Notes under the pieces: model-generated
Databases searched by the model: none
Told to the model about the DNA's origin: nothing
Seen by the model: only the letters and a program-made list of their open reading frames with translations
Assembly (NCBI GenBank): GCA_977017575.1
Contig: CDRNVI010000071.1
Location: 248,001-312,000, forward strand
Direction of reading: 5' to 3'
From: Paramoeba atlantica
Lineage: Eukaryota > Protista > Discosea
DNA length: 64,000 nucleotides
Shown: positions 52,716 through 64,000 of the stretch, in pieces
Position numbering within the stretch: position 1 is the stretch's first letter
How the letters are laid out: every line of letters begins with the position of its first letter
Program-made: the position numbers and the translations under genes

Positions 52716-53073
52716 CAAGTTAATAATAAAATGGAGAGATATGCAAAAGCAATGAAGCTATAGAATTAACTACATTTGAATTCAAGTTCCAACTAACAGA
52801 CGTAATAATGCCGTGATATTGGGCGCGTAGAGGTCTTTTTTAAAGAACATATTGAAGCCAAAGCGGTAAAAAACACGACGCACTCATTTGCTCCAAAGTT
52901 GTTAGAACCAAAGTACGCTAAACAAGGTCAAACTAAATTATTTTACCCCAATTTTCCGAATTACGCACAAATAATTGCGTGGTTTACATTGTTAAATAAT
53001 TTATTTGTCAAATATGTGATCCGAAAAGAAAAAAGGAAAACAAGCAATCCGTTGGAGCAGTCCTGCCCTTGAA

Positions 53074-55080
53074 TTAGTCTACCTCTTCAACCTTGGGTCC
53101 CGAGCTCGCCGGTGGGGCTGGGGCGGCTCCCCCGGCACCTGGGAATCCCTCCGGCATTCCTCCAGGAAATCCCCCGGGCATCCCACCGGGAAACCCTCCC
53201 GGGGCTGCACCCTCCGCCCCTGGGGCGCCTCCACCCTGCTGGTACATCTTGGTCATGATGGGTGTGCATTTCTGCTCCAGCTCCTTCTGCCGCCCTTCGT
53301 ACTCCTCCTTGCTCGCCTCCTGACTGGACTCAAGCCACTTGATGGTTTCCTCCACGGCATCGAGAAGGGTCTGCTTGTCGCCCTCGTCCAGCTTTCCCCC
53401 CACATTGGGGTCATTCGCGGTGTTCTTCATGCTGTACGCGTAGTTCTCGAGTCCGTTCTTCGCCTCGATACGCTCACGTTGCTTCCGGTCCTCCTCCTCG
53501 AACTTTGCGGACTCGTTCACCATGCGCTCGATCTCCTCCTTGCTGAGACGCCCCTTGTCGTTGGTGATGGTGATCTGGTTCTTCTTCCCCGTGCCCTTCT
53601 CCTCGGCGCTGACGTTCAGGATACCATTGGCATCGATGTCAAACGTGACTTCGATTTGTGGCACCCCGCGCGGCGCGGGTGGAATTCCCGAGAGATCGAA
53701 TGTGCCGAGAAGGTGGCAGTCGCGTGTCATCGCGCGCTCACCCTCGAACACCTGGATATGCACCCCCGGTTGGTTGTCGCTGTACGTGGAGAAGGTCTGG
53801 CTCTTCTTGGTCGGGATCGTCGTGTTGCGCTTGATCAGGGACGTCATGACACCCCCGGCGGTTTCGATACCCAACGTCAGCGGGGCGACATCCAGGAGAA
53901 GAAGTCCCTCCGTCTGCTTACTCTTCCCGCCGGTGAGGATGTAGGCTTGCACCGCGGCACCGTACGCCACAGCCTCGTCCGGGTTAATACTCTTGTTGAG
54001 TTCCTTTCCGCCAAAGAAGTCGGAGACGAGCTGCTGCACCTTGGGAATACGAGTCGAACCACCGACCAGAACCACGTCGTGCACCGTGCGCTTGTCGATC
54101 TTCGCATCCGTCAGGACTTGTTCCACCGGCTTGAGTGTGGAGCGGAAGAGGTCCGCGCAAAGCTCCTCGAATCGCGCACGGGTGATGCTCGTGTAGAAGT
54201 CAATCCCCTCAAAAAGAGAGTCAATCTCCACGGAACTCTGAGCCGCGGAAGACAGAGTACGCTTGGCTCGCTCGCACGCGGTGCGAAGACGGCGTAGTGC
54301 TCGCTGGTTCTGCGACAGATCCTTCTTGTGCTTTCGCTTAAATTCCTCGACAAAGTGGTTCACGAGACGGTTGTCAAAGTCCTCACCACCGAGATGGGTG
54401 TCTCCCGCCGTGGCCTTGACCTCGAAGATTCCACCATCGATGGTGAGCAGAGTGACGTCAAAGGTGCCGCCTCCGAGATCAAAGATGAGTACGTTCCGTT
54501 CTTGTTGGTCCGAGATCTTATCCAGGCCGTACGCAATCGCCGCCGCCGTGGGCTCGTTGATGATTCGAAGCACTTCCAGTCCGGCAATCGAGCCCGCGTC
54601 CTTCGTGGCCTGTCGTTGGGAGTCGTTGAAGTACGCCGGGACGGTGACCACCGCCTTCTTGACCTCCTTACCGAGATATGCCTCCGCAATCTCCTTCATC
54701 TTAATCAACACCATGGAGCTAATCTCCTCCGGCGTGAAGGTCTTTGCCTCGCTCTTGTACTGGACCTCCATCACGGGCTTCTCGTCCCCCTGGGAACGTA
54801 CCTTAAAGGGCCAGTGCTTCATGTCGCTCTGAACAACGGAGTCGGAGATCTTACGCCCGATTAACCGCTTCGCATCAAACACACTGTTGGTCGGATTCAT
54901 CGCTACCTGGTTCTTCGCGGCATCCCCAATCAGACGTTCAGTGTCCGTGAAGGCCACGTAGGACGGAGTCGTGTAGTTCCCCTGGTCATTCGCAATGATT
55001 ACCACACGCTCGTTCTGCCACACCCCAACACAGGAGTAGGTGGTCCCGAGATCGATACCAATAGCTCCTTCGTACGTCAT
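53074..55080 (-). CDS. HSP70: Cytosolic heat shock protein 70, copy 2 (KLDEG variant)
   Basis: As copy 1, with one A-to-E change. Confidence 0.99.
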   Translation of the reverse strand: MTYEGAIGIDLGTTYSCVGVWQNERVVIIANDQGNYTTPSYVAFTDTERLIGDAAKNQVAMNPTNSVFDAKRLIGRKISDSVVQSDMKHWPFKVRSQGDEKPVMEVQYKSEAKTFTPEEISSMVLIKMKEIAEAYLGKEVKKAVVTVPAYFNDSQRQATKDAGSIAGLEVLRIINEPTAAAIAYGLDKISDQQERNVLIFDLGGGTFDVTLLTIDGGIFEVKATAGDTHLGGEDFDNRLVNHFVEEFKRKHKKDLSQNQRALRRLRTACERAKRTLSSAAQSSVEIDSLFEGIDFYTSITRARFEELCADLFRSTLKPVEQVLTDAKIDKRTVHDVVLVGGSTRIPKVQQLVSDFFGGKELNKSINPDEAVAYGAAVQAYILTGGKSKQTEGLLLLDVAPLTLGIETAGGVMTSLIKRNTTIPTKKSQTFSTYSDNQPGVHIQVFEGERAMTRDCHLLGTFDLSGIPPAPRGVPQIEVTFDIDANGILNVSAEEKGTGKKNQITITNDKGRLSKEEIERMVNESAKFEEEDRKQRERIEAKNGLENYAYSMKNTANDPNVGGKLDEGDKQTLLDAVEETIKWLESSQEASKEEYEGRQKELEQKCTPIMTKMYQQGGGAPGAEGAAPGGFPGGMPGGFPGGMPEGFPGAGGAAPAPPASSGPKVEEVD

Positions 55081-55439
55081 CAAGTTAATAATAAAATGGA
55101 GAGATATGCAAAAGCAATGAAGCTATAGAATTAACTACATTTGAATTCAAGTTCCAACTAACAGACGTAATAATGCCGTGATATTGGGCGCGTAGAGGTC
55201 TTTTTTAAAGAACATATTGAAGCCAAAGCGGTAAAAAACACGACGCACTCATTTGCTCCAAAGTTGTTAGAACCAAAGTACGCTAAACAAGGTCAAACTA
55301 AATTATTTTACCCCAATTTTCCGAATTACGCACAAATAATTGCGTGGTTTACATTGTTAAATAATTTATTTGTCAAATATGTGATCCGAAAAGAAAAAAG
55401 GAAAACAAGCAATCCGTTGGAGCAGTCCTAACCCTTGAA

Positions 55440-57446
55440 TTAGTCTACCTCTTCAACCTTGGGTCCCGAGCTCGCCGGTGGGGCCGGGGCGGCTCCCCCG
55501 GCACCTGGGAATCCCTCCGGCATTCCTCCAGGAAATCCCCCGGGCATCCCACCGGGAAACCCTCCCGGGGCTGCACCCTCCGCCCCTGGGGCGCCTCCAC
55601 CCTGCTGGTACATCTTGGTCATGATGGGTGTGCATTTCTGCTCCAGCTCCTTCTGCCGCCCTTCGTACTCCTCCTTGCTCGCCTCCTGACTGGACTCAAG
55701 CCACTTGATGGTTTCCTCCACGGCATCGAGAAGGGTCTGCTTGTCGCCCGCGTCCAGCTTTCCCCCCACATTGGGGTCATTCGCGGTGTTCTTCATGCTG
55801 TACGCGTAGTTCTCGAGTCCGTTCTTCGCCTCGATACGCTCACGTTGCTTCCGGTCCTCCTCCTCGAACTTTGCGGACTCGTTCACCATGCGCTCGATCT
55901 CCTCCTTGCTGAGACGCCCCTTGTCGTTGGTGATGGTGATCTGGTTCTTCTTCCCCGTGCCCTTCTCCTCGGCGCTGACGTTCAGGATACCATTGGCATC
56001 GATGTCAAACGTGACTTCGATTTGTGGCACCCCGCGCGGCGCGGGTGGAATTCCCGAGAGATCGAATGTGCCGAGAAGGTGGCAGTCGCGTGTCATCGCG
56101 CGCTCACCCTCGAACACCTGGATATGCACCCCCGGTTGGTTGTCGCTGTACGTGGAGAAGGTCTGGCTCTTCTTGGTCGGGATCGTCGTGTTGCGCTTGA
56201 TCAGGGACGTCATGACACCCCCGGCGGTTTCGATACCCAACGTCAGCGGGGCGACATCCAGGAGAAGAAGTCCCTCCGTCTGCTTACTCTTCCCGCCGGT
56301 GAGGATGTAGGCTTGCACCGCGGCACCGTACGCCACAGCCTCGTCCGGGTTAATACTCTTGTTGAGTTCCTTTCCGCCAAAGAAGTCGGAGACGAGCTGC
56401 TGCACCTTGGGAATACGAGTCGAACCACCGACCAGAACCACGTCGTGCACCGTGCGCTTGTCGATCTTCGCATCCGTCAGGACTTGTTCCACCGGCTTGA
56501 GTGTGGAGCGGAAGAGGTCCGCGCAAAGCTCCTCGAATCGCGCACGGGTGATGCTCGTGTAGAAGTCAATCCCCTCAAAAAGAGAGTCAATCTCCACGGA
56601 ACTCTGAGCCGCGGAAGACAGAGTACGCTTGGCTCGCTCGCACGCGGTGCGAAGACGGCGTAGTGCTCGCTGGTTCTGCGACAGATCCTTCTTGTGCTTT
56701 CGCTTAAATTCCTCGACAAAGTGGTTCACGAGACGGTTGTCAAAGTCCTCACCACCGAGATGGGTGTCTCCCGCCGTGGCCTTGACCTCGAAGATTCCAC
56801 CATCGATGGTGAGCAGAGTGACGTCAAAGGTGCCGCCTCCGAGATCAAAGATGAGTACGTTCCGTTCTTGTTGGTCCGAGATCTTATCCAGGCCGTACGC
56901 AATCGCCGCCGCCGTGGGCTCGTTGATGATTCGAAGCACTTCCAGTCCGGCAATCGAGCCCGCGTCCTTCGTGGCCTGTCGTTGGGAGTCGTTGAAGTAC
57001 GCCGGGACGGTGACCACCGCCTTCTTGACCTCCTTACCGAGATATGCCTCCGCAATCTCCTTCATCTTAATCAACACCATGGAGCTAATCTCCTCCGGCG
57101 TGAAGGTCTTTGCCTCGCTCTTGTACTGGACCTCCATCACGGGCTTCTCGTCCCCCTGGGAACGTACCTTAAAGGGCCAGTGCTTCATGTCGCTCTGAAC
57201 AACGGAGTCGGAGATCTTACGCCCGATTAACCGCTTCGCATCAAACACACTGTTGGTCGGATTCATCGCTACCTGGTTCTTCGCGGCATCCCCAATCAGA
57301 CGTTCAGTGTCCGTGAAGGCCACGTAGGACGGAGTCGTGTAGTTCCCCTGGTCATTCGCAATGATTACCACACGCTCGTTCTGCCACACCCCAACACAGG
57401 AGTAGGTGGTCCCGAGATCGATACCAATAGCTCCTTCGTACGTCAT
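55440..57446 (-). CDS. HSP70: Cytosolic heat shock protein 70, copy 3
   Basis: As copy 1. Confidence 0.99.
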   Translation of the reverse strand: MTYEGAIGIDLGTTYSCVGVWQNERVVIIANDQGNYTTPSYVAFTDTERLIGDAAKNQVAMNPTNSVFDAKRLIGRKISDSVVQSDMKHWPFKVRSQGDEKPVMEVQYKSEAKTFTPEEISSMVLIKMKEIAEAYLGKEVKKAVVTVPAYFNDSQRQATKDAGSIAGLEVLRIINEPTAAAIAYGLDKISDQQERNVLIFDLGGGTFDVTLLTIDGGIFEVKATAGDTHLGGEDFDNRLVNHFVEEFKRKHKKDLSQNQRALRRLRTACERAKRTLSSAAQSSVEIDSLFEGIDFYTSITRARFEELCADLFRSTLKPVEQVLTDAKIDKRTVHDVVLVGGSTRIPKVQQLVSDFFGGKELNKSINPDEAVAYGAAVQAYILTGGKSKQTEGLLLLDVAPLTLGIETAGGVMTSLIKRNTTIPTKKSQTFSTYSDNQPGVHIQVFEGERAMTRDCHLLGTFDLSGIPPAPRGVPQIEVTFDIDANGILNVSAEEKGTGKKNQITITNDKGRLSKEEIERMVNESAKFEEEDRKQRERIEAKNGLENYAYSMKNTANDPNVGGKLDAGDKQTLLDAVEETIKWLESSQEASKEEYEGRQKELEQKCTPIMTKMYQQGGGAPGAEGAAPGGFPGGMPGGFPGGMPEGFPGAGGAAPAPPASSGPKVEEVD

Positions 57447-57805
57447 CAAGTTAATAATAAAATGGAGAGATATGCAAAAGCAATGAAGCTATAGAATTAA
57501 CTACATTTGAATTCAAGTTCCAACTAACAGACGTAATAATGCCGTGATATTGGGCGCGTAGAGGTCTTTTTTAAAGAACATATTGAAGCTAAAGCGGTAA
57601 AAAACACGACGCACTCATTTGCTCCAAAGTTGTTAGAACCAAAGTACGCTAAACAAGGTCAAACTAAATTATTTTACCCCAATTTTCCGAATTACGCACA
57701 AATAATTGCGTGGTTTACATTGTTAAATAATTTATTTGTCAAATATGTGATCCGAAAAGAAAAAAGGAAAACAAGCAATCCGTTGGAGCAGTCCTAACCC
57801 TTGAA

Positions 57806-59812
57806 TTAGTCTACCTCTTCAACCTTGGGTCCCGAGCTCGCCGGTGGGGCCGGGGCGGCTCCCCCGGCACCTGGGAATCCCTCCGGCATTCCTCCAGGAA
57901 ATCCCCCGGGCATCCCACCGGGAAACCCTCCCGGGGCTGCACCCTCCGCCCCTGGGGCGCCTCCACCCTGCTGGTACATCTTGGTCATGATGGGTGTGCA
58001 TTTCTGCTCCAGCTCCTTCTGCCGCCCTTCGTACTCCTCCTTGCTCGCCTCCTGACTGGACTCAAGCCACTTGATGGTTTCCTCCACGGCATCGAGAAGG
58101 GTCTGCTTGTCGCCCGCGTCCAGCTTTCCCCCCACATTGGGGTCATTCGCGGTGTTCTTCATGCTGTACGCGTAGTTCTCGAGTCCGTTCTTCGCCTCGA
58201 TACGCTCACGTTGCTTCCGGTCCTCCTCCTCGAACTTTGCGGACTCGTTCACCATGCGCTCGATCTCCTCCTTGCTGAGACGCCCCTTGTCGTTGGTGAT
58301 GGTGATCTGGTTCTTCTTCCCCGTGCCCTTCTCCTCGGCGCTGACGTTCAGGATACCATTGGCATCGATGTCAAACGTGACTTCGATTTGTGGCACCCCG
58401 CGCGGCGCGGGTGGAATTCCCGAGAGATCGAATGTGCCGAGAAGGTGGCAGTCGCGTGTCATCGCGCGCTCACCCTCGAACACCTGGATATGCACCCCCG
58501 GTTGGTTGTCGCTGTACGTGGAGAAGGTCTGGCTCTTCTTGGTCGGGATCGTCGTGTTGCGCTTGATCAGGGACGTCATGACACCCCCGGCGGTTTCGAT
58601 ACCCAACGTCAGCGGGGCGACATCCAGGAGAAGAAGTCCCTCCGTCTGCTTACTCTTCCCGCCGGTGAGGATGTAGGCTTGCACCGCGGCACCGTACGCC
58701 ACAGCCTCGTCCGGGTTAATACTCTTGTTGAGTTCCTTTCCGCCAAAGAAGTCGGAGACGAGCTGCTGCACCTTGGGAATACGAGTCGAACCACCGACCA
58801 GAACCACGTCGTGCACCGTGCGCTTGTCGATCTTCGCATCCGTCAGGACTTGTTCCACCGGCTTGAGTGTGGAGCGGAAGAGGTCCGCGCAAAGCTCCTC
58901 GAATCGCGCACGGGTGATGCTCGTGTAGAAGTCAATCCCCTCAAAAAGAGAGTCAATCTCCACGGAACTCTGAGCCGCGGAAGACAGAGTACGCTTGGCT
59001 CGCTCGCACGCGGTGCGAAGACGGCGTAGTGCTCGCTGGTTCTGCGACAGATCCTTCTTGTGCTTTCGCTTAAATTCCTCGACAAAGTGGTTCACGAGAC
59101 GGTTGTCAAAGTCCTCACCACCGAGATGGGTGTCTCCCGCCGTGGCCTTGACCTCGAAGATTCCACCATCGATGGTGAGCAGAGTGACGTCAAAGGTGCC
59201 GCCTCCGAGATCAAAGATGAGTACGTTCCGTTCTTGTTGGTCCGAGATCTTATCCAGGCCGTACGCAATCGCCGCCGCCGTGGGCTCGTTGATGATTCGA
59301 AGCACTTCCAGTCCGGCAATCGAGCCCGCGTCCTTCGTGGCCTGTCGTTGGGAGTCGTTGAAGTACGCCGGGACGGTGACCACCGCCTTCTTGACCTCCT
59401 TACCGAGATATGCCTCCGCAATCTCCTTCATCTTAATCAACACCATGGAGCTAATCTCCTCCGGCGTGAAGGTCTTTGCCTCGCTCTTGTACTGGACCTC
59501 CATCACGGGCTTCTCGTCCCCCTGGGAACGTACCTTAAAGGGCCAGTGCTTCATGTCGCTCTGAACAACGGAGTCGGAGATCTTACGCCCGATTAACCGC
59601 TTCGCATCAAACACACTGTTGGTCGGATTCATCGCTACCTGGTTCTTCGCGGCATCCCCAATCAGACGTTCAGTGTCCGTGAAGGCCACGTAGGACGGAG
59701 TCGTGTAGTTCCCCTGGTCATTCGCAATGATTACCACACGCTCGTTCTGCCACACCCCAACACAGGAGTAGGTGGTCCCGAGATCGATACCAATAGCTCC
59801 TTCGTACGTCAT
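57806..59812 (-). CDS. HSP70: Cytosolic heat shock protein 70, copy 4
   Basis: As copy 1. Confidence 0.99.
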   Translation of the reverse strand: MTYEGAIGIDLGTTYSCVGVWQNERVVIIANDQGNYTTPSYVAFTDTERLIGDAAKNQVAMNPTNSVFDAKRLIGRKISDSVVQSDMKHWPFKVRSQGDEKPVMEVQYKSEAKTFTPEEISSMVLIKMKEIAEAYLGKEVKKAVVTVPAYFNDSQRQATKDAGSIAGLEVLRIINEPTAAAIAYGLDKISDQQERNVLIFDLGGGTFDVTLLTIDGGIFEVKATAGDTHLGGEDFDNRLVNHFVEEFKRKHKKDLSQNQRALRRLRTACERAKRTLSSAAQSSVEIDSLFEGIDFYTSITRARFEELCADLFRSTLKPVEQVLTDAKIDKRTVHDVVLVGGSTRIPKVQQLVSDFFGGKELNKSINPDEAVAYGAAVQAYILTGGKSKQTEGLLLLDVAPLTLGIETAGGVMTSLIKRNTTIPTKKSQTFSTYSDNQPGVHIQVFEGERAMTRDCHLLGTFDLSGIPPAPRGVPQIEVTFDIDANGILNVSAEEKGTGKKNQITITNDKGRLSKEEIERMVNESAKFEEEDRKQRERIEAKNGLENYAYSMKNTANDPNVGGKLDAGDKQTLLDAVEETIKWLESSQEASKEEYEGRQKELEQKCTPIMTKMYQQGGGAPGAEGAAPGGFPGGMPGGFPGGMPEGFPGAGGAAPAPPASSGPKVEEVD

Positions 59813-60170
59813 CAAGTTAATAATAAAATGGAGAGATATGCAAAAGCAATGAAGCTATAGAATTAACTACATTTGAATTCAAGTTCCAACTAACAGACGT
59901 AATAATGCCGTGATATTGGGCGCGTAGAGGTCTTTTTTAAAGAACATATTGAAGCCAAAGCGGTAAAAAACACGACGCACTCATTTGCTCCAAAGTTGTT
60001 AGAACCAAAGTACGCTAAACAAGGTCAAACTAAATTATTTTACCCCAATTTTCCGAATTACGCACAAATAATTGCGTGGTTTACATTGTTAAATAATTTA
60101 TTTGTCAAATATGTGATCCGAAAAGAAAAAAGGAAAACAAGCAATCCGTTGGAGCAGTCCTGCCCTTGAA

Positions 60171-62177
60171 TTAGTCTACCTCTTCAACCTTGGGTCCCGA
60201 GCTCGCCGGTGGGGCCGGGGCGGCTCCCCCGGCACCTGGGAATCCCTCCGGCATTCCTCCAGGAAATCCCCCGGGCATCCCACCGGGAAACCCTCCCGGG
60301 GCTGCACCCTCCGCCCCTGGGGCGCCTCCACCCTGCTGGTACATCTTGGTCATGATGGGTGTGCATTTCTGCTCCAGCTCCTTCTGCCGCCCTTCGTACT
60401 CCTCCTTGCTCGCCTCCTGACTGGACTCAAGCCACTTGATGGTTTCCTCCACGGCATCGAGAAGGGTCTGCTTGTCGCCCGCGTCCAGCTTTCCCCCCAC
60501 ATTGGGGTCATTCGCGGTGTTCTTCATGCTGTACGCGTAGTTCTCGAGTCCGTTCTTCGCCTCGATACGCTCACGTTGCTTCCGGTCCTCCTCCTCGAAC
60601 TTTGCGGACTCGTTCACCATGCGCTCGATCTCCTCCTTGCTGAGACGCCCCTTGTCGTTGGTGATGGTGATCTGGTTCTTCTTCCCCGTGCCCTTCTCCT
60701 CGGCGCTGACGTTCAGGATACCATTGGCATCGATGTCAAACGTGACTTCGATTTGTGGCACCCCGCGCGGCGCGGGTGGAATTCCCGAGAGATCGAATGT
60801 GCCGAGAAGGTGGCAGTCGCGTGTCATCGCGCGCTCACCCTCGAACACCTGGATATGCACCCCCGGTTGGTTGTCGCTGTACGTGGAGAAGGTCTGGCTC
60901 TTCTTGGTCGGGATCGTCGTGTTGCGCTTGATCAGGGACGTCATGACACCCCCGGCGGTTTCGATACCCAACGTCAGCGGGGCGACATCCAGGAGAAGAA
61001 GTCCCTCCGTCTGCTTACTCTTCCCGCCGGTGAGGATGTAGGCTTGCACCGCGGCACCGTACGCCACAGCCTCGTCCGGGTTAATACTCTTGTTGAGTTC
61101 CTTTCCGCCAAAGAAGTCGGAGACGAGCTGCTGCACCTTGGGAATACGAGTCGAACCACCGACCAGAACCACGTCGTGCACCGTGCGCTTGTCGATCTTC
61201 GCATCCGTCAGGACTTGTTCCACCGGCTTGAGTGTGGAGCGGAAGAGGTCCGCGCAAAGCTCCTCGAATCGCGCACGGGTGATGCTCGTGTAGAAGTCAA
61301 TCCCCTCAAAAAGAGAGTCAATCTCCACGGAACTCTGAGCCGCGGAAGACAGAGTACGCTTGGCTCGCTCGCACGCGGTGCGAAGACGGCGTAGTGCTCG
61401 CTGGTTCTGCGACAGATCCTTCTTGTGCTTTCGCTTAAATTCCTCGACAAAGTGGTTCACGAGACGGTTGTCAAAGTCCTCACCACCGAGATGGGTGTCT
61501 CCCGCCGTGGCCTTGACCTCGAAGATTCCACCATCGATGGTGAGCAGAGTGACGTCAAAGGTGCCGCCTCCGAGATCAAAGATGAGTACGTTCCGTTCTT
61601 GTTGGTCCGAGATCTTATCCAGGCCGTACGCAATCGCCGCCGCCGTGGGCTCGTTGATGATTCGAAGCACTTCCAGTCCGGCAATCGAGCCCGCGTCCTT
61701 CGTGGCCTGTCGTTGGGAGTCGTTGAAGTACGCCGGGACGGTGACCACCGCCTTCTTGACCTCCTTACCGAGATATGCCTCCGCAATCTCCTTCATCTTA
61801 ATCAACACCATGGAGCTAATCTCCTCCGGCGTGAAGGTCTTTGCCTCGCTCTTGTACTGGACCTCCATCACGGGCTTCTCGTCCCCCTGGGAACGTACCT
61901 TAAAGGGCCAGTGCTTCATGTCGCTCTGAACAACGGAGTCGGAGATCTTACGCCCGATTAACCGCTTCGCATCAAACACACTGTTGGTCGGATTCATCGC
62001 TACCTGGTTCTTCGCGGCATCCCCAATCAGACGTTCAGTGTCCGTGAAGGCCACGTAGGACGGAGTCGTGTAGTTCCCCTGGTCATTCGCAATGATTACC
62101 ACACGCTCGTTCTGCCACACCCCAACACAGGAGTAGGTGGTCCCGAGATCGATACCAATAGCTCCTTCGTACGTCAT
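60171..62177 (-). CDS. HSP70: Cytosolic heat shock protein 70, copy 5
   Basis: As copy 1. Confidence 0.99.
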   Translation of the reverse strand: MTYEGAIGIDLGTTYSCVGVWQNERVVIIANDQGNYTTPSYVAFTDTERLIGDAAKNQVAMNPTNSVFDAKRLIGRKISDSVVQSDMKHWPFKVRSQGDEKPVMEVQYKSEAKTFTPEEISSMVLIKMKEIAEAYLGKEVKKAVVTVPAYFNDSQRQATKDAGSIAGLEVLRIINEPTAAAIAYGLDKISDQQERNVLIFDLGGGTFDVTLLTIDGGIFEVKATAGDTHLGGEDFDNRLVNHFVEEFKRKHKKDLSQNQRALRRLRTACERAKRTLSSAAQSSVEIDSLFEGIDFYTSITRARFEELCADLFRSTLKPVEQVLTDAKIDKRTVHDVVLVGGSTRIPKVQQLVSDFFGGKELNKSINPDEAVAYGAAVQAYILTGGKSKQTEGLLLLDVAPLTLGIETAGGVMTSLIKRNTTIPTKKSQTFSTYSDNQPGVHIQVFEGERAMTRDCHLLGTFDLSGIPPAPRGVPQIEVTFDIDANGILNVSAEEKGTGKKNQITITNDKGRLSKEEIERMVNESAKFEEEDRKQRERIEAKNGLENYAYSMKNTANDPNVGGKLDAGDKQTLLDAVEETIKWLESSQEASKEEYEGRQKELEQKCTPIMTKMYQQGGGAPGAEGAAPGGFPGGMPGGFPGGMPEGFPGAGGAAPAPPASSGPKVEEVD

Positions 62178-62535
62178 CAAGTTAATAATAAAATGGAGAG
62201 ATATGCAAAAGCAATGAAGCTATAGAATTAACTACATTTGAATTCAAGTTCCAACTAACAGACGTAATAATGCCGTGATATTGGGCGCGTAGAGGTCTTT
62301 TTTAAAGAACATATTGAAGCCAAAGCGGTAAAAAACACGACGCACTCATTTGCTCCAAAGTTGTTAGAACCAAAGTACGCTAAACAAGGTCAAACTAAAT
62401 TATTTTACCCCAATTTTCCGAATTACGCACAAATAATTGCGTGGTTTACATTGTTAAATAATTTATTTGTCAAATATGTGATCCGAAAAGAAAAAAGGAA
62501 AACAAGCAATCCGTTGGAGCAGTCCTGCCCTTGAA

Positions 62536-64000
62536 TTAGTCTACCTCTTCAACCTTGGGTCCCGAGCTCGCCGGTGGGGCTGGGGCGGCTCCCCCGGCAC
62601 CTGGGAATCCCTCCGGCATTCCTCCAGGAAATCCCCCGGGCATCCCACCGGGAAACCCTCCCGGGGCTGCACCCTCCGCCCCTGGGGCGCCTCCACCCTG
62701 CTGGTACATCTTGGTCATGATGGGTGTGCATTTCTGCTCCAGCTCCTTCTGCCGCCCTTCGTACTCCTCCTTGCTCGCCTCCTGACTGGACTCAAGCCAC
62801 TTGATGGTTTCCTCCACGGCATCGAGAAGGGTCTGCTTGTCGCCCTCGTCCAGCTTTCCCCCCACATTGGGGTCATTCGCGGTGTTCTTCATGCTGTACG
62901 CGTAGTTCTCGAGTCCGTTCTTCGCCTCGATACGCTCACGTTGCTTCCGGTCCTCCTCCTCGAACTTTGCGGACTCGTTCACCATGCGCTCGATCTCCTC
63001 CTTGCTGAGACGCCCCTTGTCGTTGGTGATGGTGATCTGGTTCTTCTTCCCCGTGCCCTTCTCCTCGGCGCTGACGTTCAGGATACCATTGGCATCGATG
63101 TCAAACGTGACTTCGATTTGTGGCACCCCGCGCGGCGCGGGTGGAATTCCCGAGAGATCGAATGTGCCGAGAAGGTGGCAGTCGCGTGTCATCGCGCGCT
63201 CACCCTCGAACACCTGGATATGCACCCCCGGTTGGTTGTCGCTGTACGTGGAGAAGGTCTGGCTCTTCTTGGTCGGGATCGTCGTGTTGCGCTTGATCAG
63301 GGACGTCATGACACCCCCGGCGGTTTCGATACCCAACGTCAGCGGGGCGACATCCAGGAGAAGAAGTCCCTCCGTCTGCTTACTCTTCCCGCCGGTGAGG
63401 ATGTAGGCTTGCACCGCGGCACCGTACGCCACAGCCTCGTCCGGGTTAATACTCTTGTTGAGTTCCTTTCCGCCAAAGAAGTCGGAGACGAGCTGCTGCA
63501 CCTTGGGAATACGAGTCGAACCACCGACCAGAACCACGTCGTGCACCGTGCGCTTGTCGATCTTCGCATCCGTCAGGACTTGTTCCACCGGCTTGAGTGT
63601 GGAGCGGAAGAGGTCCGCGCAAAGCTCCTCGAATCGCGCACGGGTGATGCTCGTGTAGAAGTCAATCCCCTCAAAAAGAGAGTCAATCTCCACGGAACTC
63701 TGAGCCGCGGAAGACAGAGTACGCTTGGCTCGCTCGCACGCGGTGCGAAGACGGCGTAGTGCTCGCTGGTTCTGCGACAGATCCTTCTTGTGCTTTCGCT
63801 TAAATTCCTCGACAAAGTGGTTCACGAGACGGTTGTCAAAGTCCTCACCACCGAGATGGGTGTCTCCCGCCGTGGCCTTGACCTCGAAGATTCCACCATC
63901 GATGGTGAGCAGAGTGACGTCAAAGGTGCCGCCTCCGAGATCAAAGATGAGTACGTTCCGTTCTTGTTGGTCCGAGATCTTATCCAGGCCGTACGCAATC
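62536..64000 (-). CDS. HSP70: Cytosolic heat shock protein 70, copy 6 (5' end outside the window; KLDEG variant)
   Basis: Open to the window edge; the visible C-terminal part matches copy 2. Confidence 0.98.
   Translation of the reverse strand, partial: IAYGLDKISDQQERNVLIFDLGGGTFDVTLLTIDGGIFEVKATAGDTHLGGEDFDNRLVNHFVEEFKRKHKKDLSQNQRALRRLRTACERAKRTLSSAAQSSVEIDSLFEGIDFYTSITRARFEELCADLFRSTLKPVEQVLTDAKIDKRTVHDVVLVGGSTRIPKVQQLVSDFFGGKELNKSINPDEAVAYGAAVQAYILTGGKSKQTEGLLLLDVAPLTLGIETAGGVMTSLIKRNTTIPTKKSQTFSTYSDNQPGVHIQVFEGERAMTRDCHLLGTFDLSGIPPAPRGVPQIEVTFDIDANGILNVSAEEKGTGKKNQITITNDKGRLSKEEIERMVNESAKFEEEDRKQRERIEAKNGLENYAYSMKNTANDPNVGGKLDEGDKQTLLDAVEETIKWLESSQEASKEEYEGRQKELEQKCTPIMTKMYQQGGGAPGAEGAAPGGFPGGMPGGFPGGMPEGFPGAGGAAPAPPASSGPKVEEVD

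Larger units (their letters stand above)
50640..64000 (-). repeat. Tandem HSP70 array, unit 2365-2366 bp, continuing beyond the window
   Basis: ORF ends at 50709, 53074, 55440, 57806, 60171 and 62536; spacers are near-identical. Confidence 0.97.

Noticed and set aside
50722-63815. Many overlapping antisense and alternate-frame ORFs over the HSP70 genes
   Set aside because: Shadow ORFs caused by high GC content and codon bias; they repeat only because the gene repeats.
29588-64000. IscU, a J-protein, ferredoxin and HSP70 in one window, resembling a bacterial isc operon (iscU-hscB-hscA-fdx)
   Set aside because: The genes are far apart with unrelated genes between them. The HSP70s are cytosolic EEVD-type and the J-protein lacks an HscB-like C-terminus, so co-location is probably chance.

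Overview
Eukaryotic nuclear DNA, most likely a kinetoplastid (Euglenozoa), possibly an early-branching Perkinsela-like lineage. This assignment is inferred from intronless genes all on the minus strand (one polycistronic block), kinetoplast-associated HMG-box-like (KAP) genes, a trypanosomatid-type cytosolic HSP70 and short LRR paralogues. Recognisable genes: two LRR proteins (one missed by the ORF track at the left edge), a Plus3+RING protein, a degenerate MoxR-like AAA+ protein, two KAP paralogues plus a fragment, a pseudo-LMW-PTP/ArsC-fold protein, a WD40 protein, ISCU, a J-domain protein, a putative mitochondrial AT-hook protein, Alba, Maf, ESF1, ferredoxin, NAT10 and a tandem array of at least six HSP70 genes. 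The most unusual feature is the intergenic DNA, a dense and partly nested patchwork of mobile-element relics. It holds several families of TA-flanked TIR elements (one with an empty-site comparison inside the window), a decayed Merlin/IS1595 transposase next to one of those TIRs, and a hAT dimerisation-domain ORF. It also holds CRE/SLACS-like and HERO/NeSL-like endonuclease relics, a DIRS/TATE-like RNase H relic, tRNA-headed SINE-like units and a family of GGAGATAC foldback palindromes. All assignments are by eye from motifs; no database searches were run. Where the ORF track began at TTG/GTG, starts were moved to the first in-frame ATG.
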